IMG/VR virus record: IMGVR_UViG_3300020306_000014
Coordinates: 1-31,827 of that record
Source: a virus
Taxonomy: Duplodnaviria > Caudoviricetes
Strand: one strand, 5' to 3'
Length of the DNA stretch: 31,827 nucleotides
Shown: one piece after another, positions 15,990 through 23,888 of the stretch
Layout of the letters: every line of letters begins with the position of its first letter
Position numbering within the stretch: position 1 is the first letter of the stretch
Made by a program: the position numbers and the translations under genes
The notes under the pieces: model-generated
What the model saw: only the letters and a program-made list of their open reading frames with translations
Told to the model about the DNA's origin: nothing
The model's database searches: none

Positions 15990-16268
15990 ATGTGCGTTGG
16001 AGGTCTATTTGGAGGACGACAACAGCAGCAAGCTATTGCAGCACCCGCACCTATACAACCAAGAAACCCTGATTTAGCTCAGGCTTCAAGACTACCTAGT
16101 AAAAAAGAGTTACTAGATCCAGATGATGTAGCTGGAGTAGAGTACGGTACATCAGCTAAGAAAGAAGATCAAAGAGGTAACGCTGCAAGAACCGGTACAG
16201 ATGCTTTAAAAATAAACATCAACACTGGTGCTGGTGGTGGCGGAACATCAGGAGGATTAAATGTCTAA
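15990..16268 (+). CDS. Small virion/tail assembly protein (T7 gp6.7/7.3-like)
   Basis: MC start, P/A/G-rich, SD AGGAG, immediately upstream of the portal. Confidence 0.7.
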   Translation: MCVGGLFGGRQQQQAIAAPAPIQPRNPDLAQASRLPSKKELLDPDDVAGVEYGTSAKKEDQRGNAARTGTDALKININTGAGGGGTSGGLNV

Positions 16269-17844
16269 GGCTAGGGAAAGATACACCCAGCTATTGACAA
16301 ACAGAACACAGTTTCTTGATACAGCAGTTGAGTGTTCAGAACTTACCCTACCTTATCTTGTTACACAGGATGACAACTATAAAGGCAGACGCACACTGAC
16401 ACAACCATATCAAAGTGTTGGAGCTAAAGCGGTCGTAACTCTTGCAGCAAAACTCATGCTTGCAGTATTACCACCGCAGTCAGCTTTTTTCAAGCTACAA
16501 GTCAGAGATGACAAGCTTGGCGAACAGCTAGACCAAACCATGCGTAGCGAGCTAGACCTATCATTCTCAAAGATTGAGAGATTGATTATGGATTACATAG
16601 CTGCATCAAGTGATAGAGTTGTGGTACATCAAGCCTTGAAGCACCTGATCGTATCTGGTAACGCTCTTATATTTATGAGCAAGGATGGTCTAAAGCATTA
16701 TCCACTACAGAGATATGTTGTAAACAGAGACGGTAACGGTAATGTTGTAGAGATTGTTACAAAAGAACTAATTAATAGAGAAGTGCTAGGACTCGAATCG
16801 CCTAACCCTTCAGAGCAGCCAGTCAATGGCGACTACGGTTCGACAGAGGATGACGCAGAGGTGTATACCTACGTGCGTATGGATGAAAACAGTGGACGCT
16901 GGCTGTGGCATCAAGAGGCTGACGATCAGGTACTTGAAGGCACACGTAGTACAGCACCAAAAGGTACTTCTCCATGGTTAGTTCTCCGATTCAATACAGT
17001 AGACGGTGAAGACTACGGTAGAGGTAGAGTAGAAGAGTTTCTCGGTGACTTACGGAGTCTCGACGGACTGTCTCAGGCTCTTGTAGAAGGAGCAAGTGTA
17101 GCAAGTAAGGTTGTCTTTCTTGTATCACCATCCGCTACAACTAAACCCGGGACACTGGCTAAGGCCGGTAATGGTGCTATCATACAAGGTAGACCAGAAG
17201 ATGTAGGAGTTGTCCAAGTTGGTAAGACAGCGGACTTTGCTACAGCTGCAAACTTAGCAGCACAGATAGAAAGAAGAATACTTGAAGCTTTCTTGGTTAT
17301 GAACATCAGGAACGCGGAAAGAGTAACGGCAGAGGAGGTACGCCTCACACAGTTAGAACTAGAGAAAAGCTTGGGTGGCTTATTCAGCTTGCTCACAGTA
17401 GAGTTTCTAGTACCCTATCTGAATAGAACACTGCTGATACTACAACGAAGCAACCAGATACCTAACTTACCAAAGAATATAGTCAGACCTAAGATCGTGG
17501 CTGGAATCAACAGCCTAGGCAGGGGACAAGACAACGAAGCTTTGACTAGGTTTATACAGACGGTTGCACAAACACTAGGGCCAGAAGCATTGATGAAGTA
17601 CATAGACCCAACAGAAGCTATCAAGAGATTGGCAGCTGCACAGGGTATTGATGTGCTTAATCTTGTACGTACAGGTGAACAATTAGAACAGCTAAACCAG
17701 AAGCGGAAAGAAGATTTACAATCTCAAACTCTTCTTAATCAGGCTGGTCAATTAGCCGGTACACCGTTGCTAGATCCTAGTAAAAACCCAGACGTAGCCG
17801 AACAAGCGGCTGGTATTCTGGGCAACCTCACACCACCACAGTAA
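16261..17844 (+). CDS. gp8: Portal / head-to-tail connector (gp8-like)
   Basis: YQSVGAKAV, GEDYGRG, AERVTAEEV motifs. Confidence 0.97.
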   Translation: MSKARERYTQLLTNRTQFLDTAVECSELTLPYLVTQDDNYKGRRTLTQPYQSVGAKAVVTLAAKLMLAVLPPQSAFFKLQVRDDKLGEQLDQTMRSELDLSFSKIERLIMDYIAASSDRVVVHQALKHLIVSGNALIFMSKDGLKHYPLQRYVVNRDGNGNVVEIVTKELINREVLGLESPNPSEQPVNGDYGSTEDDAEVYTYVRMDENSGRWLWHQEADDQVLEGTRSTAPKGTSPWLVLRFNTVDGEDYGRGRVEEFLGDLRSLDGLSQALVEGASVASKVVFLVSPSATTKPGTLAKAGNGAIIQGRPEDVGVVQVGKTADFATAANLAAQIERRILEAFLVMNIRNAERVTAEEVRLTQLELEKSLGGLFSLLTVEFLVPYLNRTLLILQRSNQIPNLPKNIVRPKIVAGINSLGRGQDNEALTRFIQTVAQTLGPEALMKYIDPTEAIKRLAAAQGIDVLNLVRTGEQLEQLNQKRKEDLQSQTLLNQAGQLAGTPLLDPSKNPDVAEQAAGILGNLTPPQ

Positions 17845-17847
17845 CAT

Positions 17848-18639
17848 ATGGCAGAAACATTATCATACGAAAACAATACACCAACTGAGACAGTTGAGAC
17901 TAACCTTACTCCTGACGAACAAGATTCATTACGAGTTGCGGAAGCACAGGAACAAGGTAAGGAGCCTGCACCACCAGAGGAACCCTTACTCGCTGGTAAG
18001 TATAAGAACGCTGAAGAACTAGAAAAAGCATACAAAGAACTAGAGAGTAAATTAGGTGAGAAGAAAGAAGAAGAAGAAAAGAAGGCTGAGCCTGACAAAG
18101 CTAACTTCTCAGACAATGCTCAACTCATCACCAGTGCGTCAGAGGAGTGGGCAAAAGCCGGCGGCAAGCTGACTGATGCTACAAAGTCTAAGCTTGCAGA
18201 AATGTCAAGTGCAGATTTACTCAACGCATACATGGAAGTACAGGCTAGTAACACACCTATACAACAGATACCTGAGATCACAAACGACGATATTTCAAGT
18301 ATCAAGGAATCAGTTGGAGGTAACACACAATATACTCAAGTCATCAACTGGGCCAAGTCTAACTTACCCGAAGATGTGATAAAAGGCTATGACCAAACTA
18401 TAGAAAGTGGCAGCCTCGCAGCCATAAAGCTGGCTGCTGCTGGGCTCAAAGCTCAGTATGAGGCAGCCAACGGTTCAGAGGGTAGAACCTACACAGGTAA
18501 GCCTGCATCAAACAAGGGTGATGTATTCCGAAGTCAAGCGGAACTCATCCGAGCTATGAATGATCCAAGATATGACCAAGATGAAGCATATCGTAACGAC
18601 ATTCTAGAGAAACTTGACAGATCAGACATTAATTTTTAG
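17848..18639 (+). CDS. gp9: Capsid assembly scaffolding protein (gp9-like)
   Basis: Acidic; LLAGKYKNAEELEKAY and FRSQAELIRAMNDPRY motifs. Confidence 0.92.
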   Translation: MAETLSYENNTPTETVETNLTPDEQDSLRVAEAQEQGKEPAPPEEPLLAGKYKNAEELEKAYKELESKLGEKKEEEEKKAEPDKANFSDNAQLITSASEEWAKAGGKLTDATKSKLAEMSSADLLNAYMEVQASNTPIQQIPEITNDDISSIKESVGGNTQYTQVINWAKSNLPEDVIKGYDQTIESGSLAAIKLAAAGLKAQYEAANGSEGRTYTGKPASNKGDVFRSQAELIRAMNDPRYDQDEAYRNDILEKLDRSDINF

Positions 18640-18646
18640 GAGAGCT

Positions 18647-18727
18647 ATGCCATCAGGAAAAGGGACTTACGGAACTAAGAGAGGTAGACCACCAAAGAAG
18701 ACTAAAAAGAAAGGAATGAAGCACTAA
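18647..18727 (+). CDS. 26-aa basic micro-protein MPSGKGTYGTKRGRPPKKTKKKGMKH
   Basis: SD AGGAG; AT-hook-like RGRP; TAATG-coupled. Confidence 0.75.
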   Translation: MPSGKGTYGTKRGRPPKKTKKKGMKH

Positions 18728-18915
18728 TGCCGAACACTAAAAACGTTAACTCATTTGATGAGCAAAATACCAAAGATGCCGGTGGTAAGAAAGCTAAACG
18801 CAAACGATTACCACAGCCTATTAGAGGTATAGCTAACTTCTTAAATGAAGAAAAAGCAGCAACTCAAGGAAACTTTGAGAAGCTTCGTAAACTTAAAAAG
18901 AAACCTAGATACTAA
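18727..18915 (+). CDS. Basic micro-protein (FDEQNTK family, copy 1)
   Basis: 62 aa, TAATG overlaps at both ends. Confidence 0.75.
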   Translation: MPNTKNVNSFDEQNTKDAGGKKAKRKRLPQPIRGIANFLNEEKAATQGNFEKLRKLKKKPRY

Positions 18916-19064
18916 TGGCTAAGAAGAAAAAGCCTACCTCAGATCCTAGATCACCACAAGATCTATTTAAACCTGAGAAAAAAGAATACTATCGCCAGCT
19001 AGAGTTACCTCTGGCTCGCGTAGAAAAATACAGAAAGAAAAACAATCAGTCAGTAAACGCATGA
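18915..19064 (+). CDS. 49-aa basic micro-protein MAKKKKPTSDPRSPQDLFKP...
   Basis: Manually translated; TAATG and ATGA overlaps. Confidence 0.7.
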   Translation: MAKKKKPTSDPRSPQDLFKPEKKEYYRQLELPLARVEKYRKKNNQSVNA

Positions 19065-19192
19065 CACACAACCACAACGGCCAGAAATGGCATCCAGCTG
19101 AAGAGCTGAACGGCAGACTAGCCATGCTAGGATTCGTAATTGCTGTTGGTACTTACATCACAACTGGACAAATTATTCCCGGTATATTATAA
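19061..19192 (+). CDS. hli: High-light-inducible protein (43 aa)
   Basis: AEELNGRLAMLGF...TGQIIPGIL chlorophyll-binding motif. Confidence 0.93.
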   Translation: MTHNHNGQKWHPAEELNGRLAMLGFVIAVGTYITTGQIIPGIL

Positions 19193-19299
19193 TGACACCC
19201 GAAGCAGAAAGATTCAATGGCTGGGCAGCTATGCTCGGTTTCGTAGCAGCTGTAGGAGCATATGCTACAACAGGACAAATCATACCCGGTATATTCTAA
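19192..19299 (+). CDS. hli: High-light-inducible protein (35 aa)
   Basis: MTPEAERFNGWAAMLGFVAAVGAYATTGQIIPGIF, Prochlorococcus multicopy-type Hli. Confidence 0.96.
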   Translation: MTPEAERFNGWAAMLGFVAAVGAYATTGQIIPGIF

Positions 19300-19460
19300 T
19301 GCCAAAAGGAGCTGGAAAGAAATACTCTGGCAAACAAATGAAGATCGCCAGAGTTGCACCACCTAGAGACAAGATTACAGGAGCGGACTTCGCAAAACTA
19401 AGAGGTAAAAATGGCACCAAGAAAAAGAAAGGGAGTAAGCCTGTCTCTCGGAAGAGGTGA
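19299..19460 (+). CDS. 53-aa basic micro-protein (DKITGADFAKLR motif)
   Basis: TAATG-coupled true start at 19299 within the 19140 ORF of the track. Confidence 0.75.
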   Translation: MPKGAGKKYSGKQMKIARVAPPRDKITGADFAKLRGKNGTKKKKGSKPVSRKR

Positions 19461-19665
19461 GAAGAGCCGCAAAGGCGGCCTGACAGCTAAAGGTAGAGCC
19501 AAGTACAATCGTGCCACTGGCTCTAATCTCAAAGCTCCACAGCCCGGAGGAGGGGCTAGAAAGAGGTCATTCTGTGCCCGCATGGGTGGCATGAAAGGCC
19601 CAATGAAAAAACCAAACGGTAAGCCTACAAGAAAGGCTCTTGCCCTACGACGTTGGAAATGCTAA
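19411..19665 (+). CDS. Basic small protein (DUF6321-like)
   Basis: GGLTAKGRAKYN...NLKAP...RKRSFCARM...ALRRWKC; SD GAGGT. Confidence 0.75.
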   Translation: MAPRKRKGVSLSLGRGEKSRKGGLTAKGRAKYNRATGSNLKAPQPGGGARKRSFCARMGGMKGPMKKPNGKPTRKALALRRWKC

Positions 19666-19883
19666 TGGCAAAGAAAACAAAAAACATAAAACCATTTGAT
19701 GAGCAGAATACCAAACACGCTAAAGGCAAAAAGGTAGCTCTTATCAGAAGAATAGAAGATATGAAAAACTTAAGTGAATCAGAAATAACTGACGCTATAA
19801 GAATTATTGACAAAACTTCTACCAGTAAAGGTAACAGACAACGAAGGATGAACAACCTTCTTAACGATGTAACAGGAATCTAA
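19665..19883 (+). CDS. Basic micro-protein (FDEQNTK family, copy 2)
   Basis: 72 aa from the TAATG overlap. Confidence 0.75.
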   Translation: MAKKTKNIKPFDEQNTKHAKGKKVALIRRIEDMKNLSESEITDAIRIIDKTSTSKGNRQRRMNNLLNDVTGI

Positions 19884-20074
19884 TGGCAATTACTTATTCA
19901 GAAGACGGTTCCGTAAGGAAACGCAAAGGCAATAAAAAAGCTTTAGCCTTGAACGACGGGCCTAGCACACCAATTAAACTTTACACAGATGTAAACGAGC
20001 CTCATGGTAGATTTCTACCTAACTCTGGAGCTGGTAGAGTAGGTAAAATTAGAATGAAAAAGGGAAAAGTCTAA
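19883..20074 (+). CDS. Basic micro-protein
   Basis: 63 aa, TAATG overlaps. Confidence 0.7.
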   Translation: MAITYSEDGSVRKRKGNKKALALNDGPSTPIKLYTDVNEPHGRFLPNSGAGRVGKIRMKKGKV

Positions 20075-20292
20075 TGTTTGGTAGAAAAAAGAAAAAGAAA
20101 AACACCAAAGATGTCGATGCTTTCAACAGCAAGACTAGTGGCAACGGTAAGGTTAATGATCCTAGCGATAACTTTCTTTTAAACAGAGTTAGAAAAAACC
20201 AACTAAACCCTAGAAACAAATCTCACAGCTCCACATTTCAAAAGCGTCAACAAAGGCTAAAAGAATTACTGAAGAAAGAGGGTTACAATTAA
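20074..20292 (+). CDS. Basic micro-protein
   Basis: 72 aa, TAATG overlaps. Confidence 0.7.
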   Translation: MFGRKKKKKNTKDVDAFNSKTSGNGKVNDPSDNFLLNRVRKNQLNPRNKSHSSTFQKRQQRLKELLKKEGYN

Positions 20293-20351
20293 TGCACAAG
20301 AAAGGTAAAAAGAAAGGCAAAGGCTGTGGCTGTAAACACGGAGGTAAGTAA
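20292..20351 (+). CDS. 19-aa basic peptide MHKKGKKKGKGCGCKHGGK
   Basis: Manually translated; TAATG overlaps at both ends; CxC plus His. Confidence 0.6.
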   Translation: MHKKGKKKGKGCGCKHGGK

Positions 20352-20515
20352 TGGGTAAGTTATGTCCTCGCGGTAAGGCAGCAGCCAAACGCAAATTCAA
20401 AGTATACCCTTCTGCATACGCCAACGCTTATGGTGTTAAGGTATGTAAAGGTCAAGTCAAAGCCGGTGGCAAGAAGAAAGCTGCACCCGGATATTCACGT
20501 AAGAAAAGAAGATGA
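20351..20515 (+). CDS. 54-aa basic micro-protein MGKLCPRGKAAAKRKFKVYPSAYANAYGVKVCKG...
   Basis: Manually translated; SD GGAGGT; TAATG and ATGA overlaps. Confidence 0.75.
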   Translation: MGKLCPRGKAAAKRKFKVYPSAYANAYGVKVCKGQVKAGGKKKAAPGYSRKKRR

Positions 20516-20763
20516 GCTTAAGACGATGGTTTAAAGAAGAATGGGTAGACACCAAGACCGGCAAGCCTTGTGGCCGCCAAAAAGGGGAGAAACGCAAAGG
20601 CTATCCAGCTTGCCGTCCGTCGAAACGCGTTTCTTCCAAGACTCCTAAGACTACTGGTGAGATGTCGAAAGGCGAAAAAGCCAAGTTCAACAGATCAAAG
20701 ACCAGTAGCCGTAGGATCAACTATAATCACAAACGACGAAATAAATTAAAAATTAGAAAATGA
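20512..20763 (+). CDS. Basic small protein (DUF5872-like)
   Basis: [18 protein letters not shown]...[20 protein letters not shown] motif. Confidence 0.75.
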   Translation: MSLRRWFKEEWVDTKTGKPCGRQKGEKRKGYPACRPSKRVSSKTPKTTGEMSKGEKAKFNRSKTSSRRINYNHKRRNKLKIRK

Positions 20764-21800
20764 TCACAACTCAAACACAAACTCTAACTAGACAAGATAA
20801 CAACTGGCAAAGGTTCTGTGAGTGGGTCACATCTACCGATAACCGCCTCTATGTGGGGTGGTTCGGTACATTAATGATACCCGCACTCTTAACAGCAGCA
20901 ACATGCTTTATCGTAGCATTTATCGCTGCACCTCCCGTCGATATTGACGGCATACGTGAGCCAGTTGCAGGCTCTTTGCTATTTGGTAATAACATAATCT
21001 CAGGAGCAGTAGTACCTAGCTCTAATGCTATAGGTCTACACTTCTATCCTATATGGGAAGCAGGCACATTAGACGAGTGGCTATACAATGGTGGCCCTTA
21101 TCAGCTTATTGTCTTCCATTTTCTCATTGGTATCTCAGCATACATGGGTCGCCAGTGGGAGCTCAGCTACAGATTAGGCATGCGTCCTTGGATTGCAGTA
21201 GCTTACTCTGCACCTGTATCAGCAGCGTTCGCTGTATTCCTTGTGTACCCGTTCGGTCAAGGGAGTTTCAGTGATGGTATGCCTCTTGGTATTAGTGGTA
21301 CTTTCAATTTTATGTTCGTATTCCAAGCAGAGCACAATATACTTATGCACCCTTTCCATATGGTCGGTGTTGCTGGGGTATTCGGTGCAGCTCTTTTCTC
21401 TGCTATGCATGGAAGTCTCGTTACTAGTTCTCTCGTTCGCGAGACGACTGAACTCGAGTCTCAGAACTATGGGTACAAGTTCGGTCAGGATGGTGAAACC
21501 TATAATATTGTCGCTGCTCATGGCTATTTCGGCAGACTGATTTTCCAGTATGCATCCTTCAACAACAGCCGTGCTCTTCATTTCTTCCTTGCTGTGTTTC
21601 CTGTCGTTGCTATTTGGATCACCTCAATGGGTATATCAACAATGGCCTTTAATCTAAACGGTTTTAACTTTAACCAGTCAATCGTTGATGCTAATGGCAA
21701 GATTATACCTACATGGGCTGATATTGTCAACAGACAGAACCTTGGTATGGAAGTAATGCACGAGAGAAACGCACATAATTTTCCATTAGATTTAGCTTAA
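20760..21800 (+). CDS. psbA: Photosystem II D1 protein
   Basis: [51 protein letters not shown] is Prochlorococcus-like. Mn-cluster ligands retained. Confidence 0.99.
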   Translation: MITTQTQTLTRQDNNWQRFCEWVTSTDNRLYVGWFGTLMIPALLTAATCFIVAFIAAPPVDIDGIREPVAGSLLFGNNIISGAVVPSSNAIGLHFYPIWEAGTLDEWLYNGGPYQLIVFHFLIGISAYMGRQWELSYRLGMRPWIAVAYSAPVSAAFAVFLVYPFGQGSFSDGMPLGISGTFNFMFVFQAEHNILMHPFHMVGVAGVFGAALFSAMHGSLVTSSLVRETTELESQNYGYKFGQDGETYNIVAAHGYFGRLIFQYASFNNSRALHFFLAVFPVVAIWITSMGISTMAFNLNGFNFNQSIVDANGKIIPTWADIVNRQNLGMEVMHERNAHNFPLDLA

Positions 21801-21808
21801 TACCACGT

Positions 21809-21860
21809 CCGTTCATCCTTCGGGACGCATGAGATCCAAGCATGGAACGGGGCTTGGGTA
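21809..21860 (+). promoter_or_regulatory. Glutamine-II (Downstream-peptide) riboswitch
   Basis: CCGTTC/GAACGG P1, TCC-TTCG-GGA hairpin, CATG/CATG stem, pseudoknot ATCCAAG/CTTGGGT; immediately upstream of a YRG peptide ORF. Confidence 0.88.
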
Positions 21861-21873
21861 TATGGAGTTTACA

Positions 21874-21930
21874 ATGACTGTAACCTACGTATATCGTGGC
21901 ATTGAGTACACAAGAGTAGTCAAGAAATAG
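21874..21930 (+). CDS. 18-aa DUF4278-like downstream peptide MTVTYVYRGIEYTRVVKK
   Basis: SD GGAG at 21864; YRGxxY motif characteristic of peptides under Downstream-peptide riboswitches. Confidence 0.82.
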   Translation: MTVTYVYRGIEYTRVVKK

Positions 21931-21963
21931 TTGACATGGGAGGTGCAACTCCTCCCTACTCTA
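21913..21963 (+). ncRNA. tRNA-like mini-element (acceptor stem + T-arm, no D-arm)
   Basis: 7-bp AGAGTAG/CTACTCT stem contiguous with 5-bp GGAGG/CCTCC stem and 7-nt loop TGCAACT, plus TCAA/TTGA hairpin. Confidence 0.55.
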
Positions 21964-21965
21964 TT

Positions 21966-22021
21966 GGCAACAGCCCTCCAAGGAGGATACCTATTGCCGT
22001 CTAGACGGTGGGATAGACCAC
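21966..22021 (+). promoter_or_regulatory. Structured leader upstream of the major capsid gene
   Basis: GGCAA/TTGCC stem enclosing CCTC/GAGG; palindrome CCGTCTAGACGG; GTCTA/TAGAC with possible GTGG/CCAC pairing. Confidence 0.5.
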
Positions 22022-22079
22022 AAAAAAAGGCCAAAAAATTTCAGTACTGAGAACGTAAACACATAATACATTCTTAGAA

Positions 22080-23234
22080 ATGGGACAACAAAATTCAACA
22101 CTGACTACAGGTATTACCAATCTGGGTCAGGCTAACGGTTCGGGTGATAAGAGAGCCCTTTACCTTAAATTATTTTCCGGGGAAATGTTCAAAGGCTTCC
22201 AAAGGAACACGATAGCTCGTGACCTTGTGATGAGAAGAACACTTCAAAACGGAAAATCTCTACAGTTCATCTACACTGGACGCACAAAAGCTGAGTATCA
22301 TACACCGGGAAATAGCATCCTTGGTAACTCAGATTCTGCACCACCAGTAGCAGAAAAGACAATAACTGTTGATGATTTATTAATCAGTTCAGCTTTTGTC
22401 TATGAGCTAGATGAAACACTCTCACACTATGATTTGAGAGGTGAGATCTCTAGAAAGATCGGATACGCTCTTGCAGAGCAGTATGACAGAAAGATCTTCA
22501 GAGCTATCACAAAGGCTGCACGTACAGCACACCCTATCTCAAAGGCTAACTTTGTAGAACCCGGTGGAACACAGCTACGTGTAGGTACAAACGCACAGGC
22601 TTCTGATGCGTACAACCCCGGATTCCTTATCACAGCTTTCTATGACGCTGCTGCGATCTTAGACGAGAAAGGAGTTTCTGGTGAGGGTCGGGTTGCCGTA
22701 CTTAACCCAAGACAGTACTATGCTCTTATACAGAACATAGAAACTAACGGATTAATCAACCGTAACGAAAGAGGAGACGCATTGCAGTCTGGTAATGGCA
22801 TCATCGAGATCGCTGGTATCCAGATCTTCAAGTCAATGAACATCCCATTCTTCGGTAGTTTTGGTACAAAGAACGGTGGTTCTGCTTCATCAACAAACCC
22901 CGGCACAAACGGTGGTGACAACCAAGGTAGTTTCGTAGGCGAAACAATGGCTGACGAAAGAGCTGGCTCATCTGCAACTAAGACTGTTAACACATACGGT
23001 AACAGCACAGAGTTTGCACAGAGCTGTGGTTTGATCTTCCAGAAAGAAGCTGCCGCATGTGTAGAAGCAATCGGCCCACAAGTTCAGACAACATCTGGAG
23101 ACATCTCAGTGGTTTACCAAGGAGACGTTATCTTAGGTCGTCTAGCTATGGGAGCAGATTCTCTCAACCCAGCAAGTGCTGTTGAGTTAATCGCCGGTGC
23201 TGCTGTATCTAACACAACTAAGGCTTTCTCTTAA
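22080..23234 (+). CDS. gp10: Major capsid protein (gp10-like)
   Basis: ALYLKLFSGE, RTLQNGKSLQF, EKTITVDDLL, YDLRGEIS motifs. Confidence 0.97.
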   Translation: MGQQNSTLTTGITNLGQANGSGDKRALYLKLFSGEMFKGFQRNTIARDLVMRRTLQNGKSLQFIYTGRTKAEYHTPGNSILGNSDSAPPVAEKTITVDDLLISSAFVYELDETLSHYDLRGEISRKIGYALAEQYDRKIFRAITKAARTAHPISKANFVEPGGTQLRVGTNAQASDAYNPGFLITAFYDAAAILDEKGVSGEGRVAVLNPRQYYALIQNIETNGLINRNERGDALQSGNGIIEIAGIQIFKSMNIPFFGSFGTKNGGSASSTNPGTNGGDNQGSFVGETMADERAGSSATKTVNTYGNSTEFAQSCGLIFQKEAAACVEAIGPQVQTTSGDISVVYQGDVILGRLAMGADSLNPASAVELIAGAAVSNTTKAFS

Positions 23235-23250
23235 TTTACACTTTTTATAC

Positions 23251-23274
23251 GGGGGCTTCGGCTCCCCTTTTTTC
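23251..23274 (+). terminator. Tphi-like intrinsic terminator after the capsid gene
   Basis: GGGGGC-TTCG-GCTCCC hairpin followed by a T run. Confidence 0.9.
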
Positions 23275-23276
23275 TT

Positions 23277-23888
23277 ATGGCTTCCACAACTATTGACATC
23301 GACACAGAACTGTCCGCAGTAAATAATATACTGGGGGCTATAGGTCAATCACCTATTACAACACTTAACTTTGACAATCCAGAAATATCATTTATATTTA
23401 ATCTACTCCGCGATGCCAACGTAGACACGCAGGCAGAGGGGTGGCACTTTAATACAGAAAAACACGTCAAGTTTAGCCCAGACTCTAACAATTTTATTCT
23501 GATAGGAAACGACATACTATCCATGGATCTACATGATGGACGTTTTGATAGGCGTAGTAACTTCGTACGTCGTAATGGTAGACTGTATGATAAAGTAAAA
23601 CACACAGATATATTTACATCAGATGTAGATTTAGATGTTGTTAGACTTTATGAGTTTGAAGATTTACCAATAATATTTAGAAGATATATCACAAACCGAG
23701 CAGCAAGAGCAGCAGCTACACAGCTTGTTGCCAATCCACAGCTTGTAAAGTTACTAGCTCAGCAAGAAGCTTTGTCTCGTGCAGCTCTTATGGAGTACGA
23801 GTGCAATCAAGGAGATCACAACATGCTTGGATTTGAAGATGATACTCATTACCAATCTTATCAACCATTTAGAAATCTAAGAAGATAA
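23277..23888 (+). CDS. gp11: Tail tubular protein A (gp11-like)
   Basis: TELSAVNNILGAIGQSP, QAEGWHFN motifs. Confidence 0.93.
   Translation: MASTTIDIDTELSAVNNILGAIGQSPITTLNFDNPEISFIFNLLRDANVDTQAEGWHFNTEKHVKFSPDSNNFILIGNDILSMDLHDGRFDRRSNFVRRNGRLYDKVKHTDIFTSDVDLDVVRLYEFEDLPIIFRRYITNRAARAAATQLVANPQLVKLLAQQEALSRAALMEYECNQGDHNMLGFEDDTHYQSYQPFRNLRR

Noticed and set aside
19140-19298. 5' part of the 106-aa ORF 19140-19460
   Set aside because: Overlaps two clear hli genes in other frames; the true start is the coupled ATG at 19299
21823-21829. GGACGCA inside the riboswitch as part of the early-region motif family
   Set aside because: Explained by the riboswitch consensus and lacks the ACAATCA partner; likely coincidental
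21913-21963. Bona fide tRNA gene or attP tRNA fragment
   Set aside because: Only 51 nt, no D-arm or canonical anticodon arm, no CCA, no integrase; kept only as a tRNA-like structure
6199-23234. Repeated phage RNAP promoter consensus (T7- or Syn5-like)
   Set aside because: I could not find a convincing repeated 15-23 bp promoter by eye; a motif search would be needed
23215-23276. T7-style 10A/10B capsid frameshift extension
   Set aside because: The terminator and gp11 start follow within about 40 nt, leaving no room for an extension domain
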